Origin: Paraspadella gotoi
Taxonomy: Eukaryota > Animalia > Chaetognatha
Direction: 5' to 3'
DNA length: 64,000 nucleotides
Assembly (NCBI GenBank): GCA_051294375.1
Contig: CM119271.1
Coordinates: forward strand, 13,383,039 to 13,447,038
Part shown: positions 26,977 to 39,505 of the stretch, one piece after another
Layout: each line of letters begins with the position of its first letter
Numbering within the stretch: position 1 is the first letter of the stretch
Notes under the pieces: model-generated
The model's database searches: none
Told to the model about the DNA's origin: nothing
The model's input: only the letters and a program-made list of their open reading frames with translations
Translations under genes and position numbers: made by a program

Positions 26977-27649
26977 ACTCTAACGTCATCCTCGTAGCAA
27001 CGGCCCTCGTTAGCGACTCCGCCTTGGCTACGGCGCCTATTCTCCTTAGCAACCGGGCCTTTACAAACGGCCCATAGCAACCGGTCGCCGGTCGTTCTCT
27101 CTCTACTCTCTCTCTCTCTCTCTCTCTCTTTCCTTTTTTTTTTACACGCGCGCTTTTCATAAACTCCGACAGCCCCGTCTTACTTTTTTTTTTTCGTGGG
27201 AGAAAAGACAGACATACAACGAAATATAAAGGAATTTAAACTAAAATGACTTAAAAAGTTTTTTTTTTAAGCAAAACCAAAAAAAAAAAAACAATTGTTT
27301 GCCTTTTTTCTTTCTCTTTTTTATTCCTTCTTGTTTTTTTTTTTTCGACTAATCGTTTCTGTTTTTTGTTTTTCTTTTCTTTTTTTTTCCAAGTTTCATC
27401 TACGCGAGGGAATCGAAGTACGGCTCTCAGTCGGGCGGTGAGAGAGGTACTCGAGCGGGCCTATCGTCCACTCTGATGTACGATAGAGAGATAGAGGAGA
27501 CGATTAGAGAGAGATGAGAGAGTAGATCGAGGAGAGCGAGTAGAGACGAAGAGAGAAGAGAGGGACGGAAGGGCGGAGGATGAGCGAGATCAGAATTCGT
27601 CCCGTCGGATTCTCACGATCTCCCTTTTCTTTTTTATGGCCTCCGTTTT

Positions 27650-28280
27650 TGAGATCTACTTTCTACTTTGCCATCCTTTTTCATCGCCATCGTTTTTCAT
27701 ATCTTTTTCTCTTCTGCCATCTTTTTAATATCTACTTTCTACTTTGCCATCTTTTTTCATCGCCATCGTTTTTCACTTCTCTTTCTTTTCTGCCATCTTT
27801 TTAATATCTACTTTCTACTTTGTCATCTTTTTTCATCGCAATCGTTTTTCACTTCTCTTTCTCTTCTGCCATCTTTTTAATATCTACTTTCTACTTTGCC
27901 ATCTTTTTTCATTGCCATCGTTTTTCACTTCTCTTTCTCTTCTGCCATCTTTTTAATATCTACTTTCTATTTTGCCATTCTTTTTCATCGCCATTGTTTT
28001 TTACTTCTCTTTTTTTTCTGCCATATTTTTAATGTCTCCTTTCTATTTTGCCATCTTTTTTCATCGCCATCATTTTTTACTTCTCTTTTTTTTCTGCCCT
28101 CTTTTTAATGTCTCTTTTCTACTTTGACATCTTTGTTCATCGCCATCGTTTTTCACCTCTTTTTCTTCTCTGACATCTTTTTAAGGTCTCCTTTCCACTT
28201 TGCCATCTTTTAAAACTTTTCTACTGACATAATTTCTCGGTCTCCTTTCAACTACGCCATCTTTTTTCATCGCCATTTTT
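27650..28280. repeat. 76-bp tandem repeat, ~8 copies
   Basis: Near-identical ORFs start at 27668, 27744, 27820 and 27896, exactly 76 bp apart. Confidence 0.93.
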
Positions 28281-28919
28281 TTTGTCTCCATCTATTATTT
28301 TGTTTTAGCATTGCCATCTTTTTTTTTTTAATTTTACGACACTTATTCTAATAGCATTATTTATTATCTTTTATTTTCTTTTACCTTTTTTGACCCTAAT
28401 TTTTTGTTCCTTTTTTTTTCACTTTAAACTTTGTATTAGTTCCAAACCCGTCTGTCATTTTCATCGTCATATACTCATATTTAATTTTCGCGATTTCTCT
28501 CATAGATCTTCAATCTTCAAAATGGACGAGTGAATTTCGGCGAAATCTGGAATGAATTTCCTCTGACTAGTGAAACTTCTTCTCAACATTTCTATACATT
28601 CTTGATAGTATTATTTTCGACTTAAGCATACATTAGACTTTGCTTAAATCTTCATAATTTTACTTCTTTCACGTTTACTTCTTCTCAGCCATCTTTTAAA
28701 GACAACATTGCACGCGCGCTTCTCTCTTTAATTTTTCGACGAGTCTTCAATCCAAGACTTTTAGCAATTTTAAACTTGTCCTCTTTGGAAAATCGTCTCA
28801 AGTTGTCCGAAACGCCAAAGTCAGAAAGACAATTTGAAAAACAAAGAAAAGTAAAAAAAAATAAAATCAAAGAAAGAAAACTTCTCGGAATTAAAGAATT
28901 CTCTTTTTAAAAGAGTCGT

Positions 28920-29520
28920 TCGTCCTTTCATCCTCGTCGTTCTCCTTTCTTCGTTCGCCGTTCTCCTTTCTTCGTTCGCCGTTCGCCGTTCTCCTTTCTT
29001 CATTCGCCGTTCTCCTTTCTTTGTTCGCCGTTCTCCTTTCATCCTCGGCGTTCTCCTTTCTTCATTCGCCGTTCGCTGTTCTCCTTTCTTCATTCGCCGT
29101 TCTCCTATCTTTGTTCGCCATTCTCCTTTCTTTGCTGTTCTTCTTTCTTTTTTTTTGTTCTCCTTTCTTCATTTGCCATTCTCCAAACATTGTTCACCAT
29201 TCTCCATTCTTCATCCTCTGTTCTCCTTTTTTATTCATTGTTCTCCTTTCTTTCATTCACCATTCACCTACCTTTGTTTGCCATGCCATGTTTTTTCCAT
29301 CGCTGTTTTCATTTCTTCATTCACAATTCTCCAGATCGCAGTTCGCCATTCTCCTTTCTTTGTCCGCTGTTCTCCAAGTTTCATTCGCCGTTCTCCTATA
29401 TTTTTCGCCATTCTCTTTTCTTCATTAGCCATTCTCCTATCTTTGTTCACCGTTCTCCTATTTTAGTTCGCCGTTCTCCTATCTTCATTCCCCGTTCTCC
29501 TATCTTTGTTCGCCGTTCAT
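28920..29520. repeat. ~20-bp minisatellite (ttcgccgttctcctttcttc)
   Basis: ttctcctttc recurs at 28941, 28961, 28989, 29011, 29031, 29051 and onward. Confidence 0.88.
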
Positions 29521-30569
29521 TATTCGGAATTCGTAATCAAATTTAAATTCGTCACGATTCGTTAAACGTCTCTCTCTCTCTCTCTATCTCCTGGGCTGAT
29601 GAGTTCGATCGTGTCTTCTGCTCGTGGGCTCAGTCTCTCTCAAGGATCACAGTACAGTGAAATCAGCGGCGTCTTCATCTTCTCTCTCTCACTCTCTCTC
29701 TGCCCTCTCTTCCCTCTCTCATCTCTCTCTCTCTCTCTTTCTTCTCATTTGTTATTTGTCTTCTTTTCTGTTTGTTTCCTTCTTCGTCGGCCGCTGTTCG
29801 TTGATTGCTTTCACGATTCTTTGTTCGTCGATTGTTCTTTTTTGATTCGTCGCTGTTCTGTAATTGCCTTCACACACGCATCGTTGTTTGTGCACCGATT
29901 GAACTTTTAATTGGTTTTGTTAGTTTTAAAGTAAACACTTTTATCGGCATTTTTCGTTTCTTACTTCTGAGCATAATTCGATGAGGGCTCTTTAGATTTG
30001 AACCCGCATTGACTTCTCGAAAATTTAAAAATTGATTAATTCTCTGAAATCAAAGTAAATTGTAAATTTGTCATGAATCGATTAATAAGTAAATAGTAAA
30101 TAGTAAACTCATTAACAGTCACCATGAAATTACTAATTTACAATTTCACCAACCTTCACGAGGAAACATTAGTCGATCTGAACTTAATAACAATATTTTA
30201 TTTAGGTTACACAAAATTTAACCCCAAAAATTTAATGACTGAAAAACTCGACTTCCTCCCGATTTCTATAATTGTTATTGTTTTAATTTAAAAAACATTA
30301 ATAATGACTGACTTTTTTTCACAAAATTGTTAAAAAAAGTAGTATATATGTAAAAATATGAAATATAAAAACTACAGATTTTTTCCATAGGTTGTTTCCA
30401 TAGTTTTGTCCGAATGTGAACGTTGTGAATAAAAAGCCGGTTGATGATCTCATTTTCACTTTTCACACATCAGCGGTTCCATTTTTTTTTGTCTCGTGTG
30501 AAAGAAAAAATGTTTCATCTTTAAAGGAACTGACTCTTTTGTCTATTCTGAAAAGTACATCTAGTACAA

Positions 30570-30623
<54 letters not shown>

Positions 30624-30709
30624 TCGGTATTGATTCTGTTTCTTTAATTTTCCGACTTCATCAGCGCAAAGCTCGAGGCAGTGGATCCAAGTCATCGTCG
30701 TCGTCGTCA

Positions 30710-30759
<50 letters not shown>

Positions 30760-31889
30760 GTCATTCCCATTTATTTCTTTCTTTCAGTCCCGAGGATCCA
30801 TTTCCGTTTCATTCATCTTTTTTTCTTTATATCCATTTTCTTTATTATTCATTTCCCTTTTTATCCATTTCTTCTTTTATTCATTTTCTTTATCCATTTT
30901 TCATTTTATCCATTTTCTTTATTTTCCATTTCCAATTTTGTCTACTTTTTAATCCATTTCCTTTATTTTTCCTTTATCACTTTCCCCTTTTTTTCCATTT
31001 TCATTTTTTATCCATTTCCATTCTCATCTCATTTATAATCATTGATCCCTTTTCACGGTAAGCCCACCGCGTATTGCGTTGTCCATTTTTGATTTCCATT
31101 TCATTTTATTTAGTCCATTTATCCATTTAACTTCATCTTTAGTCTCTTGTTGTTTTATCGACTTTCCACTTTTTTTCATTTTTTCCCTCCATTTATCCAT
31201 TTCTTTTGAAATTATTTTTTTCCTCCTCCCACTTTTTCTGTTCCATTTTAGCCTTTATTGCTCTCTCTCTCTCTCTCTCTTCTCTTCTCTATCTCGTCTT
31301 CTCTCTCTCTCTCTCTTATGACACAGAGATTTGCTTTTAGCGTCTTTGTGACATGCCTTTGCCAACGATTTCTGCCATCAGAAAATCGTCTTCATTGCCT
31401 TTTCCGCAGTTGGTGTCCTGGATTTTTATAAAAGATTCTTCCTCAATGATAAACAAGAAGACGTTAAATATCAATTTATCTTATTGATTGAAGATAAATT
31501 AATACGTCTACTATTTTTTGCGAGCGTTCGTACCAGATATTAAATTATCCCCAACTGAAATAAAAACATTTTTAAATACATAAACATACAAACGTAAACA
31601 TAACCATAAAAACATATAAACGTTTGAAGTTAGAACATAACTTTCTTATTCATACTAAATCCAAATTCATAAATTGAAAAAAAACCTTTCGCTTTCCATC
31701 GACTGAATCTCTCGGGCGAATTTTTAGGGTTAGTTGCTTGCAAGCTTGGTTGATTGGTTGCTTGCTAGCTTGCTAGCTTGAATATGAAGTTGACCTCAAG
31801 ATCTTTTCTTGCGACTTTCACTTCTGTCTATTTCGTCCCACATCCCTTCCGCCACGTATGGTTTTTTTTAAACAAGTTTTCCCATCTTT

Positions 31890-32695
31890 ACGCCACTTCC
31901 GGTTTTGCCATGCCCCTTGCCACTACCGGCTTTGCCATGTCTTATGACACTTCCGGTTTGCCATCTCCTATGCCAATCTCGGTTTTCCACATCACCTTCC
32001 AATTTCAGGTTTTGCCATCACTTCTGCTACTTTCGCTTTGCTTTTCCTTAAGCAAGTTCGCTTCGTTATCTCTTCTTCCACTTCTCTTTATTATTTCTAT
32101 TTCCAGTTTGCCATGACTTATCCTAATTCCGGTTTGGCCATCCCCTATGCCACTTCCGGTTTGCCATCTCCAATGCCATTTTTGGTTTTGGCATACATTT
32201 TGCTAATGCCACTTTACCATCACTTTCGCTACTTTCAGTGTGATTTTCCTTAAGCCATGTCTGCTTTGCTTTCACTTCTGCCATCTCCAATACCATTTTC
32301 GGTTTTGCCATACTCTATGCCACTTTCACTTTTACTAATGCCACTTTCAGTTTGCCATTCCCTCTTCTACTTCCGGTTTGCAATGTCTTATGCCACTTTT
32401 GGTTTGCCATGTCTTATCCTACCTCCGGATTGCCATGCTTTATTCCACTTCCGGGTTGCCATGCCATATCCTACTTCCGGTTAGCCATGCTTTATGCCAC
32501 TTCCGGTTTTACCATCTCCTATTCTATTTCCAGTTTACCATGCCTTATGCCACTTCCGGTTTGCATTTCCTTATGCCACTTCCGGTTTTACCATCTCCTA
32601 TTCCATTTCCAGTTTACCATGCCTTATGCCACTTCCGGTTTGCATTTCCTTATGCCACTTCCGGTTTGCATTTCCTTATGCCACTTCCGGTTTTG
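31890..32695. repeat. 26-27-bp minisatellite with core gccacttccggttt
   Basis: gccacttccgg at ~32496, 32549, 32575, 32628, 32654 and 32680, with more degenerate copies from 31890. Confidence 0.88.
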
Positions 32696-32780
32696 CCGCT
32701 GTTTCTTCTTCCAGGCGGAAAAGAGCAAAAAAGTCTCCTCAGGTTTTTTCCCCTTCGATTCTGCAGCCAAATATTATTAC

Positions 32781-32853
<73 letters not shown>

Positions 32854-32957
32854 CTCTCTCTCTCTCTCTATCTCTCTCTCCCGCCGTGAGCGCATCGAGA
32901 TACCATTCGTTTTCCTCCCAGAGTTCGCTCCCCTTTTCTCTTCTATATCGCATAGGC

Positions 32958-32997
<40 letters not shown>

Positions 32998-33575
32998 TTT
33001 ACATGGTTGCATATGTACTGCTGAAGTGTATTAGAGTATTCAGTTCATTTGAAAACTGTCACATTTCTGAGCATTACAAATCAAAAATCAATCTCTTTCA
33101 TTGCCCTGTTTTTCACTAAATCAATTAATCACTCACTCATTCACTCACTCATTCACTCACTCCCTCACTCACTCACTCACTCACTCACTCACTCACTCAC
33201 TCCCTTCTTTCTCCCCATCATCACATTTCCCTCGTTCTCACTTTCCTTCTCTCTAGCCTTTTCTTTTTCCTCTCTTTTCCCCTCTCTTTCTCCTCCCACC
33301 TTCCAACCTTACCTTTCTATTCTCTATTTTTCTTTTCTTTTTCACCTCTCTCTCCTTCTCCCCATTTTCTCTTTCTTTCTTTTCACTTTCTTTTTTCTTT
33401 TTCTTACTTTTTCTTCTTTTCTCCCTTTCTTTTTTTTTTCTCCTTTGCCTTCCTAACCTTTACCTATAACCTTTTCCTCTCTCCTCTCTCCCTCTTTTCC
33501 TTTCTCCTTTCCTTTGCCCTTCTAACCTTTTCCCTTTTTTTTTTCCTTCTTCCTTCTGTTTGTTCTTCGTTTCGG

Positions 33576-33606
<31 letters not shown>

Positions 33607-34559
33607 ACTTAACTCATTTCTCATCCTCATCTTTTTTTTTACTCTGAGAAATAGTTTCTTTCTTTCTCTCTTTCTTTTTTTTTTCTTTTGTTTCTCTGGG
33701 TTTTCTTTTTCTTTATTTTCTTTTTCTTTATTTTTCTTTTTCTGTCAGAATATTAAAGTATTATTACAAAATCTCGGTCTTACAAAATCACCTTTTTTAT
33801 TTTCTCGGTCATTTTTTTTCCTTCAATATTTTTCTTTTCTCTTTCTCTCTCTNNNNNNNNNNCTCTCTTTCTCTCTCTTTCCCTATTTCTCTTATATAGT
33901 TCTTTTTTTTTCATTTATTCTCGCGCGGGTGTGTTTTCGGTATTATTTTTTATGTCGTTTTTTTTCCTTTTGGCGATATTCGCTAATAACAGTCTTATGG
34001 AGAAGGATCAGGGGGTCGTCGTCGTCGTCGTCGTTATCGTCGTCGTCGTCGTCGTCGTTATCGTCGTCGTCGTCGTCGTTATCGTCGTCGTCGTTATCGT
34101 CGTCGTCGTTATCGTCGTCGTCGTTCTCTTTTTTATCTTTTCTATGTGTACACTTAGCTTTCAATGTATGATATTGTACCAATTTCATAAAATTCAGCTC
34201 CTTGTATTTTGATGCTAGTGCGGAGTACAATAAGTATTCCCCGATCTAATACTTAAGGGAGTGGTCTTTTCATACAATTGAAACATTCTTTGAAATATTT
34301 TCCACTTCATTGATAGGGAAGCCAGGTACTCTGGGAGTGAATAAACGGGACTGTTAGAGAGTCTTGATTGAAAGCTTGCAGGGACCTGCTATGTCATTAT
34401 CTTGTAAGAGTGATGGAGGCCTTAAACCACCAAAGCCTGTCCAAAGTCAGGGGCAAGATAGCTTATTTATTAAATGAATGGATAATTTTTATATTGGTTG
34501 TACCAATTTCATATCTGTAATTTCAACTAAATCAGATTTGATAGTAAACGACATCTATG

Positions 34560-35085
34560 ATTTTTCTTTTCTATGTTTTTTCCTCTTTTATATTTTTTTT
34601 CGTTTCTATTTCAACCTTTCTTTCCTTTCCTCTCTTTTCTATGTTCAAACCTTTCTTTCCTTTCCTCTCTTTTCTATTTCAACCTTTCTCTTTCCTGTTC
34701 TCTTTTCTATTCAACTTTCTTTCCTTTCCCTTCTTTTCTATTTCAAACCTTTCTTTCCTTTCCTTTTCTATTTTATTCAACACTTTCTTCCTTCCTCTCT
34801 TTTCTATTTAACTTTCTTTCCTTTCCTCTCTTTCTATTTCAAACCTTTCTCTTTCCCTCTCTTTCTACTTCAACTTTCTTCCTTTCCCTCTCTTTCTTAT
34901 TCCCCTTTCTTTCCTTCCTCCTCTTTTCTATTCAACCTTTCTTTTCCTTTCCTCTCTTTTCTATTTTCACAACCTTTCTTTCCTCTTCCTCTCTTTTCTA
35001 TTTCAACTTTCTTTCCTTTCCTCTCTTTCTATTTCAAAACCTTTTTCCTTTCCTTCTCTTTTTTCTATTTCAAATGTTTTTTCAC
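34560..35085. repeat. ~33-bp pyrimidine-rich minisatellite (ttctatttcaacctttctttcctttcctctctt)
   Basis: ttctat recurs at 34604, 34637, 34672 and onward; mirrored at ~49760-50240. Confidence 0.88.
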
Positions 35086-36019
35086 AACCTTTCTTTTCTT
35101 TCCCTCTCTATTACAGCGCTCGCTCTCCTCGTAACGCTTCGGCTTATATGCGGCCTAATCCGATCGAAAATCTCTCTTTTCTTATCTCTCTCTCTCTCTC
35201 TCCTCACATCTCTCTCGTTCCTCTCCATCTCTCTCTCCCTCTCTTCTCTCTCTCTCTNNNNNNNNNNNNNNNNNNNNNNNNNNNNNNNNNNNNNNNNNNN
35301 NNNNNNNNNNNNNNNNNNNNNNNNNNNNNNNNNNNNNNNNNNNNNNNNNNNNNNNNNNNNNNNNNNNNNNNNNNNNNNNNNNNNNNNNNNNNNNNNNNNN
35401 NNNNNNNNNNNNNNNNNNNNNNNNNNNNNNNNNNNNNNNNNNNNNNNNNNNNNNNNNNNNNNNNNNNNNNNNNNNNNNNNNNNNNNNNNNNNNNNNNNNN
35501 NNNNNNNNNNNNNNNNNNNNNNNNNNNNNNNNNNNNNNNNNNNNNNNNNNNNNNNNNNNNNNNNNNNNNNNNNNNNNNNNNNNNNNNNNNNNNNNNNNNN
35601 NNNNNNNNNNNNNNNNNNNNNNNNNNNNNNNNTCTTCCGTCGATCTTTGGCGCCGAAGGAGAGATTTGGAAGGCTAGGATTGATTTGTGGAAGGAAGAAG
35701 GGATTTATTCGAAGGGGAGAGAGATTTTGTGGTTTTTGTGGATTTGTGGATAAAGGAATCAGTGATAAAGTGGATAAAAAATGAAAAAATAAAGAGACAA
35801 ACAAAAGAAACCGAAAAAGGAAAGATTTATTTTGGGATAGATTTAGAAATAGACGAGTGATTTATGATAATCGAAAGGGAGAGATTTGTGATTTAATCAA
35901 CGTGAAGAGATTCTTGATATGGGAGCGATTCTCCGTGAAAGACCTAATATGTCACCGGAGAAAAGAATCACAAAAGGTCTCATTTATTAATCTGGTTAAG
36001 ATAGAATTATCCTTCGGAA

Positions 36020-36210
36020 AAGAGAGTTGCTACCAAAGGACTTTTATTTGCCACAAAAGAAATGAGAGTTGCTACAAAACGAATTTCATTTGCTACAAAA
36101 GAAATGAGATTTGCTACAAAAGGACTTTCATTTGCTACAAAAGAAATGAGAGTTGCTACAAAAGAAATGAGAATTGCTACAAAAGGACTTTTATTTGCCA
36201 CAAAAAGGAA
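36020..36210. repeat. 21-bp tandem repeat (gctacaaaagaaatgagagtt / gctacaaaaggactttcattt)
   Basis: gctacaaaa at ~36072, 36092, 36113, 36134, 36155 and 36176. Confidence 0.88.
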
Positions 36211-36399
36211 CGCGATGGCGGCAAAAGTAATCCATTTCGATCGGGCGGGATTCTTTCCCTTTTTTTTTTGTCGGGTCTGTTGGATTCGAGATTCCATTTT
36301 CGTGGCTCGAAGAAACTCCTTCCGATTCGATTCCATTTTAAAATGATGACCTTTTTGAAAAGAAAATGTCTCCGTCTGAGAAGTGAAAAAAGTTTTATC

Positions 36400-36722
36400 G
36401 GCACTATTTTACGAAAGCGACTTATTACCTTTTTTTCAGCCCCTAAACTTTATTTTAATCTTAATATTTAATAGTGATCTCTTACTAAATAGGTTCCAGC
36501 GGGATTATTATATTATGATATTATATTATTATATTATTATAATTCTTAACTCTAATTACTAAACTTATATCCTCTTTGTAAACCCCGTAACCTTAATGCT
36601 TAAACCAAATCTCAAACCCTAATTCTCTAACTTAATCCCTAAACCTTTAACATAATATTTAAACCTAAAACTTACCTAATTTTGAATTAAATCGGAAATG
36701 AGCTTCTTTTGAAAAATATGGC
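36400..36722. mobile_element. MITE-like family member (same family as 539-799); mirrored at ~48097-48408
   Basis: Left end ggcactattttacgaaagcga, interior of taaacc/taacc-like repeats, right end aaatgagcttcttttgaaaaatatggc. Confidence 0.55.
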
Positions 36723-39071
36723 TTCAAACATTCGGGAGTCGGTTTTATTTTTTGCCGATTTATTCTTCATTTTTATCTCTTCTTCTTTCGTTTAAATCGG
36801 ATGGAATCAGCAGCTCAGGTTTTCATCGATGATCAAATTGGTTCCGTTGGTCGTCGATGCCATCCGACAATCACCGACTCGCATCCATAAACTCAAACTC
36901 ACGACGAACTCACCTCAAAAGAACTTACCCACTCGGTCCGGTTAACCACGCTAAGTTATCGTCACTGTACCCGACTCTATCCCCTCTACCTTAGATAATT
37001 TGGGGCAGTCTCTCTCTCTCTCTNNNNNNNNNNNNNNNNNNNNNNNNNNNNNNNNNNNNNNNNNNNNNNNNNNNNNNNNNNNNNNNNNNNNNNNNNNNNN
37101 NNNNNNNNNNNNNNNNNNNNNNNNNNNNNNNNNNNNNNNNNNNNNNNNNNNNNNNNNNNNNNNNNNNNNNNNNNNNNNNNNNNNNNNNNNNNNNNNNNNN
37201 NNNNNNNNNNNNNNNNNTCCCTCTCCTCATTTTCGAATGTGACGCGCGAACTTCATTATCATATCGCGGCTCGAATTTCGGGCGGAGGTTGGATCGGATG
37301 ATTGGTTGATTGGCTGATTGGTTAATAGAATGGTTGGATGATTGGCTGATAAGATGATTGGTTCATTGATTGATTTGATTGTGGGATAATTTAAAGACAG
37401 ATTGGTTAATGGAATCATTGGATGATAGGCTGATTTTATTATTGATTGATTCATTGATAGAATTATAGGATAATTGAATGATTGGTTTATTGGTCAATGG
37501 AATCATAATTCAGATGATAGACTGATTTGATGATTGCCTTATACTTTGATTGGTGGATTGTTTATCTGGATATTTGGATGATTGACTCATTAAATGACTG
37601 TTGATTAGTTTATTTGGTTGATCGAATTAATGGATGTAATTAGTTGATTAGTCGGAAGCTTTTATTGATTGGATAATAGGATTTTTAATAAAAAGTGAGA
37701 ATAAATTGGAATATTTAACTTACGGTATAAACTATTGTTTTCTCTCAATTCAATAGGTTGTTAGATTGAAGCTACATAATGATGACCGGACAATCACTGA
37801 TTGGTAAATTGATTGGAGATTTAGTTAATCAAGTCGAATGATTGATCGAGACGAGAGAGANNNNNNNNNNNNNNNNNNNNNNNNNNNNNNNNNNNNNNNN
37901 NNNNNNNNNNNNNNNNNNNNNNNNNNNNNNNNNNNNNNNNNNNNNNNNNNNNNNNNNNNNNNNNNNNNNNNNNNNNNNNNNNNNNNNNNNNNNNNNNNNN
38001 NNNNNNNNNNNNNNNNNNNNNNNNNNNNNNNNNNNNNNNNNNNNNNNNNNNNNNNNNNNNNNNNNNNNNNNNNNTCCTCCTCCTCCTCATCTTCCTCCTC
38101 CTCCTCTTCCTCCTCCTCCTCTTCCTCATCTTCTTGATCTGAATGCTAATCGAGAGAGAAAGAGAAAAGAAGAAAAAATCGTGGAAATTATTAAGTCTTA
38201 ACGATTCATTGAAAATAAAAGTAAAAAAAAAGTGTTATGCATCACGAACGTTGATTCTATTATCCGTTTGAAATTATGGCTGAATTGGATATTTACCTAT
38301 ATTCCTTTACTTTCCTCCTTTCTTTTTCATTTCTCCCTTTCCTTTCCTCTATTCTTTTACATTTCTCTCTTTCCTTTCCTCCTTTCTTTTTCTTTTCTCC
38401 CTTTCCTTTCCTCTTTTCTTTTTCATTTCTCCCTCTCCTTTCCTCCTTTCTTTTTTGTTTCTCCCTCTCTTTTCCTCCTTTCTTTTTCGTTTCTCCCTCT
38501 CCTTTCCTCCTTTCGTTTTCATTTCTCTCTTTCCTTTCATCTTTTCTTTTTCATTTCTCACTTTCTTTTTCTCTTCTCTTTTTCTGTTCTCCCTTTCCTT
38601 CCTCCTTTCTTTTTCATTTCTCCCCTTCCTTTCCTCTTTTTTTTTCTTTTCACTCTTTCCTTTCCTCTTTTCTTTTTCAATTCTCGCTCTCCTTTCCTCC
38701 TTTCTTTCATTTCTCCCTTTCCTATTTTTTTTTACATTTCTCCCTTTCTTTTCCTCTTTTCTTTTACATTTCTCACTTTCCTTTCCTCTTTTCCTTTTCA
38801 TTTCTCCCTTTCCTTTCCTCTCTTCTCTTCACTTTCCCCTCCTTTCTTTTTTTTCACCTTCTTTTCCTCACATTCACTTTTCTCACCTTTCCTTTTCTCT
38901 TTTCTCTCTCCTTCCAATTCTTATGCACTGAACTTTTCTGCTTCCATCTCGACTGAACTCGTGTATCGTTTTTTCCTTCTTTAATTTTCTTCATCCTGAA
39001 CCCTTCTGCTTTTCGTCACCATCATATTACTCTCTCTCTCTCTCTCTAGCGAGAGAGAGAGAGAAGGAGGA

Positions 39072-39103
<32 letters not shown>

Positions 39104-39163
39104 GAAGAGAGAGAGACGAGAGATAAGAGAGAGAGAGTGAAGAGAGAGAGAGAAAGAGATGAG

Positions 39164-39217
<54 letters not shown>

Positions 39218-39334
39218 AGAGAAAAACATTTCGCGTAGAGGACAGAACAAATGATGTTGAAAAACGCGAAAAGGGGAAACGTGCGTAAGAGAGAGAGAGT
39301 AGAGATTAGAGAGAGAGAGAACGGAGAAAAACTA

Positions 39335-39466
39335 GAAGGCTTCATATTTGGACATAGCCTGAAATATCTTGGGGACGGCGTTGCTGAAAAATGGAGATGC
39401 AAAAAGGAGATAACTGTTCAGAACGAAAAGAGAGAGAAGGAGAGAGAGAGAGGAGAGAGAGAGAGA

Positions 39467-39505
<39 letters not shown>

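Noticed and set aside
31340-31385. RLCDMPLPTISAI resembling an enoyl-CoA hydratase motif
   Set aside because: The similarity does not extend on either side, and an equally plausible frame exists on the opposite strand.
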